From Catajapyx aquilonaris (lineage: Eukaryota): a stretch of 32,497 nt of DNA. Of this stretch, positions 28,581-32,497 are shown piece after piece. A program made the position numbers and the translations under genes. The notes under the pieces were generated by a model. That model saw nothing but the letters and a program-made list of their open reading frames with translations, was not told where the DNA came from and did no database searches. Every line of letters begins with the position of its first letter. The first letter of the stretch is position 1. The stretch is from assembly GCA_000934665.2 (NCBI GenBank), contig JYFJ02004409.1, positions 1 through 32,497 of the forward strand, read 5' to 3'.

Positions 28581-29415
28581 TCTTCTATAATATTAAAATG
28601 CTCGTGTTGTGTGTCTGATTGGTCCTCCCCCATATTGTTGCTACTGCCACGTTCCGATTGGCCCAGTTTATTGTTACCTGGACGTATTGTTACCATGACG
28701 CCTCCATTTGGCCCCGTTCCGAGCTTGCGCAATGAGTGGAAGAAGCCGAAGAACGCCACAGTCGCAAGCTTGCTGGACGTCAACGAGGACACATCTCCTC
28801 TCCCGTGAAGACCCCTCCACCCTCTTCCACCTTCCTCCACCCACGTCTTATTCACGGTGACCTCACAACAGGGGAGGGGGAGAGGAGGGGGGAATGGAAC
28901 GTGCCGTAAACAAACCGAACATAGGTCGGGATCACGTCTAGATCAGGGAGCATATACTTCATAAGAGGCGCAAACATTCGATTTCCGCGTCTCTCTGTTT
29001 GGGGCGTTACCAAGGCTGGCGGCCATTTTGAAGTGTGGGCAACGGCCCCAAACAGAAAGACGCGGACATCAAAGGCGCCGACATAAGTTTGCGCCTCTTA
29101 TGTAGTATATGCTCCGCCCGGTCTAGATGTTGTTCGTCAGTGGTGCCAACTGCATGGACGTTTAATAAACAAAGTAAGATAATTTCAGTTTTTTCAACAA
29201 GGTCCTTGCTGGCACCCCCACGGGAAGAGTTGGTAAGCGTGATTGGCCGCGATGGTCAATACTGAACCCGGGGATAAGCCGAGAACGTCATATGAAAGTG
29301 TCGGGGAGAATGAAACCAGTTTTTGACCAACCAATACAAACACTGTCGAGTTCCATGGCTGTTTATAATAAAGAGAAGTTATGAGCAGTTAGAAAAACGT
29401 GGTCGGAAAGTGTGC
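28581..29415 (+). mobile_element. Helitron-like non-autonomous element, copy A
   Basis: 5' A|TC..TATAATATTAAAATG; direct homology with 29614-31087. 3' end uncertain. Confidence 0.65.
28944..29120. mobile_element. hAT MITE
   Basis: About 30-bp TIR including GGAGCATATACT.CATAAGAGGCGCAAAC; perfect 8-bp TSD GTCTAGAT. Confidence 0.88.
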
Positions 29416-29613
29416 CAGTTGCACCGGCCTCAACAATGATTGCTATGGCAATTCTTGTTATACCCGAGGTTCTAAGTTATACTGAGGCCGGTGCAACTGG
29501 CCCTTAGTGTCAGGTCCCCGCTCTGTGGTATACCGTACAGTACCCTGGCTAGCTCAGATACTGGGTTCAGTAAAGACACTACGGACTGGGGATAAATTAG
29601 CGTGTATCTAATA

Positions 29614-31087
29614 TCTATAATATTAAAATGCTTGCGTTGCATCTTGCATGTATAAGCCCTCTGATTGGTCCGCCCCCTTATTGTTGCCGCCACCTCCTCC
29701 TATTGGCCCCCGTCCATTGTTGCTGCGTCGTATCCATGACGCATTGTTACCACGACGCCTCCGATTGGCCCCCGTTCCGAGCATGCGCAATGGGTGGGAG
29801 AACGCCACAGTCGCTTGCTGGACGTCAACGAGGACGCATCATTCTCCTCTCCCGTGAAGACCCCTCCACCCTTCTTCCACCTACCCTTCTACCCACGTCT
29901 TCACGGTGACCTCGCAACAGAGGAGGGGGAAATGGAAGCCGTAAACAAGGCGAACATTGGACTACGGTCGATCGTTGTTTACCAGTGCAGTGGTGCCAAA
30001 CTGCCAACTCCGTGGACGTTTATAAAGCAAAATATAATTTCAGTTTTTTAACCTTTTGACGACGGAGTTTTTGAGCCATTGCCTTACCCCATGGCCGGAG
30101 TTGCTTTTCCCCCTTTTCCGAAAATTTGATGAAGAGTGATATTTTTAATGAATAATAATCCGCGGACTGCCCGGATTACCCGGATTACCTATCGTTACCT
30201 GATCAAAATGACCCTGTGACCCATTTTTGAGGGGGTCAGAGATCAAGTGGCTGAAGTCGAGTTTACAGGCCATTCGCCGAATCAATTAGTCACGATTTCC
30301 ACATTTTCATCGTTGTGTTTGTTCATCACCTAGCAACATACGATTCGGCAACAATGACATCAATGCTCCCATCTGCATTCTGCTTCAGCTCGAGGAATTA
30401 ATTCCGGGGTCCCTGCTGGTCACTCCCCCATCAACTTCAAACCCAGTAGCAAAACAACAATTCAAAGAAGAGTCAGCAAGCCGCAGGTACTGTTTCCTAA
30501 TTGATTCGGCGAATGGCCTGTAAACCCGACATAAGCCCAAAAGGACCCTGCGACCCATATTGGAGGGGGGCAGAGGTCAAATTCCGCCCTCACCGATTTT
30601 CTTGAAATTCGGTCCATTGACATATGCCCCCCTCCAATGTGGGCCAATTTCGAGCAGGTAACTATAGGTGCGTTTTCATCCCTTGGGGTGGGCTACCAAT
30701 GCACCGAATTTCAAGAACATCGGTAAGGTCGGAATTTTATGAGTTGAAAAATGTCCCAAGTAGTCAGGGCAAATCTCAAGACATCATAATTATGATGTCC
30801 GTAGGCACTGCAGCAATGTAAGCTCGGACATCATAATTATGATGTCCACAGTCGTCAAAGGGTTAAAGAAGGTCAACCTCCTGTCAACACCGCAGGGAGA
30901 GTTTGTAAGCAGGATTGGCTGCGATATTCAACACTGAACCCGGGAATAGGTCGAGAATATCAAAAGAAATTGTCGGGAAGAATAATGAAATCAGTACTTG
31001 ATCGTCATTCTGCAGATTCCCATGGATGTTTATAATAAAGGGGAGTTATGATTATGAGCAGTCACAAAACCTGGTCTGAAAGTGTGC
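29614..31087 (+). mobile_element. Helitron-like non-autonomous element, copy B
   Basis: 5' A|TCTATAATATTAAAATG; colinear with copy A on either side of a piggyBac insertion. Confidence 0.65.
30052..30862. mobile_element. piggyBac-like MITE
   Basis: TTAA TSDs; TIR CC(T/C)TTTGACGAC; internal 34-bp inverted repeat 30256-30289 / 30497-30530. Confidence 0.85.
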
Positions 31088-31163
31088 GTAATATAATTTA
31101 GATACATGTGTGAGATGAGTGCATGCGAGTAGAGGCGGTAGAGGATGTGAATTTCTGTTCGTA

Positions 31164-31636
31164 CAGTGCTGGACACAATAGCATATAACAAGTGTAAACA
31201 ACGACTTTGGCGTTACCTGGCAACTGGTCGTGTTCGGACATCGTCATGTGGAGAGTGCTTAGCGTTCTTTCTGTCGTTGCCACTGCTTACAGGTAGCGAT
31301 TGATGCTGGGACGAAGGGTGTGTGCATGCTCACCAATGCATTACCAATCATTCAGTAACTCCATGCATCCTGACTAATACTGGAAAGTGACAATAGTGTG
31401 ATAATAACGAATCGCCTTCTCAAAATAATATCCCCCTCAGCCCGCTTATTCCGATGCCATGCATTGGTAAGCATGCACACACCCTTCGTCCCAGCATCAA
31501 TCGCTACCTGTAAACAGTGGCAACGACAGAAAGAACGCTAAGCACTCTCCACATGACGATGTCCGAACACGACCAGTTGCCAGGTAACGCCAAAGTCGTT
31601 GTTTACACTTGTTATATGCTATTGTGTCCAGCACTG
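31164..31636. mobile_element. Tc1-like foldback MITE with 178-bp TIRs
   Basis: CAGTGCTGGACA termini, TA TSD; arms 31164-31341 and 31459-31636. Confidence 0.9.
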
Positions 31637-32278
31637 TACAATAATTTATTGGGGGTTTTAAAAATTCAAAAGGAATGGGCATGTTGAGGCGGTGAGCAAA
31701 TGCATGCAGAGTATTTCCCAGCCAATGCAATGCAAAGGTGGGATTTCAGACGGTTCGCAAGGTAGTACGGAATCGTGGATAGCAGTTCAGAATCACGGAC
31801 GGAGGAACGGGTGGGGTGGGAGTACACATATGATTGGGGGATGGGCATCATCACTGGCTATAAGTCGGAAGCGATTTAAAATGCGATGTCCACCGCAGGC
31901 GTAGAAAAACGTGAGCAAAGCGAGCGGTTTTCTACGCCTGTGCCATAGAAAAATTCGAGCGGAGCGAGGGTTTTTCTAGTCTTCTAATATATATAAAGCC
32001 CCACGCCGAGGATATAGGATGGAAAAGATTTCGCACTTCCCGAGGTCGTAGAGCTGTGGTCGAAATTCCGTTGGATTCCTTGCGGTCGATATACATTGTC
32101 CAAAAATCCTCAAAATGCCAAAATTCCCAGCCGTTTTCGAGATGGCAAAAAGTCGACTTTTGCCCACTCCACAAGGAACATCTGTTTGTCGTTAAGCCGG
32201 GAAAGAACAATGGCCCATTCACCCTCATCTCCCGAGACCTCTCAGCTCACATATGGTTACACCCACTCCTCCTGGCCC

Positions 32279-32450
32279 CAGGGACGGCCAGTATTTAAAT
32301 ACAAATGTATTTAAATACGTATTTAAATACTTCTTGGTATTTAGATATGTATTTATAACTACATTGATTTTCCTGTATTTAAATACTGTATTTCAATACA
32401 TTTCTGAGTATTTAAATACAGAAGTATTTAAATACATATCGTAAATACTT
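32279..32450. repeat. GTATTTAAATAC palindromic repeat cluster, probably a MITE
   Basis: Multiple GTATTTAAATAC copies following CAGGGACGGCCA. Confidence 0.6.
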
Positions 32451-32497
32451 TCCCTAATTCCCTTTTACTATTATTTGCATAATTCTTAATTCTGATT

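Noticed and set aside
28179..32497. First coding exon of gene 2
   Set aside because: I found no ATG plus signal-anchor exon with a phase-2 donor; the region is mostly TE-derived, so the exon is probably outside the window.

Overview
Eukaryotic genomic DNA, most likely from an insect (inferred from GT-AG introns, DUF229 genes and the TE types). It holds two convergent, spliced DUF229-family (alkaline-phosphatase-superfamily-like) paralogs. Gene 1 is compact and complete on + (5 exons, 5442-8948, about 667 aa, N-terminal signal anchor). Gene 2 is on - (10 exons found, 28178 down to 9707); its first exon(s) were not found and probably lie beyond the window. Most of the rest is nested, decayed or non-autonomous transposable elements: MULE, pogo, PIF/Harbinger, ISL2EU-like, hAT, piggyBac, Tc1/mariner MITEs, Helitrons, a solo LTR, an RTE fragment and several tRNA-derived SINE families. 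The most notable observations are (1) an HDV/CPEB3-like ribozyme fold at 16715-16781, (2) a covarying 3'-terminal RNA structure shared by four different SINE families, and (3) long inverted repeats bracketing internal exons of gene 2. All calls come from reading the sequence by eye; no database search was run.
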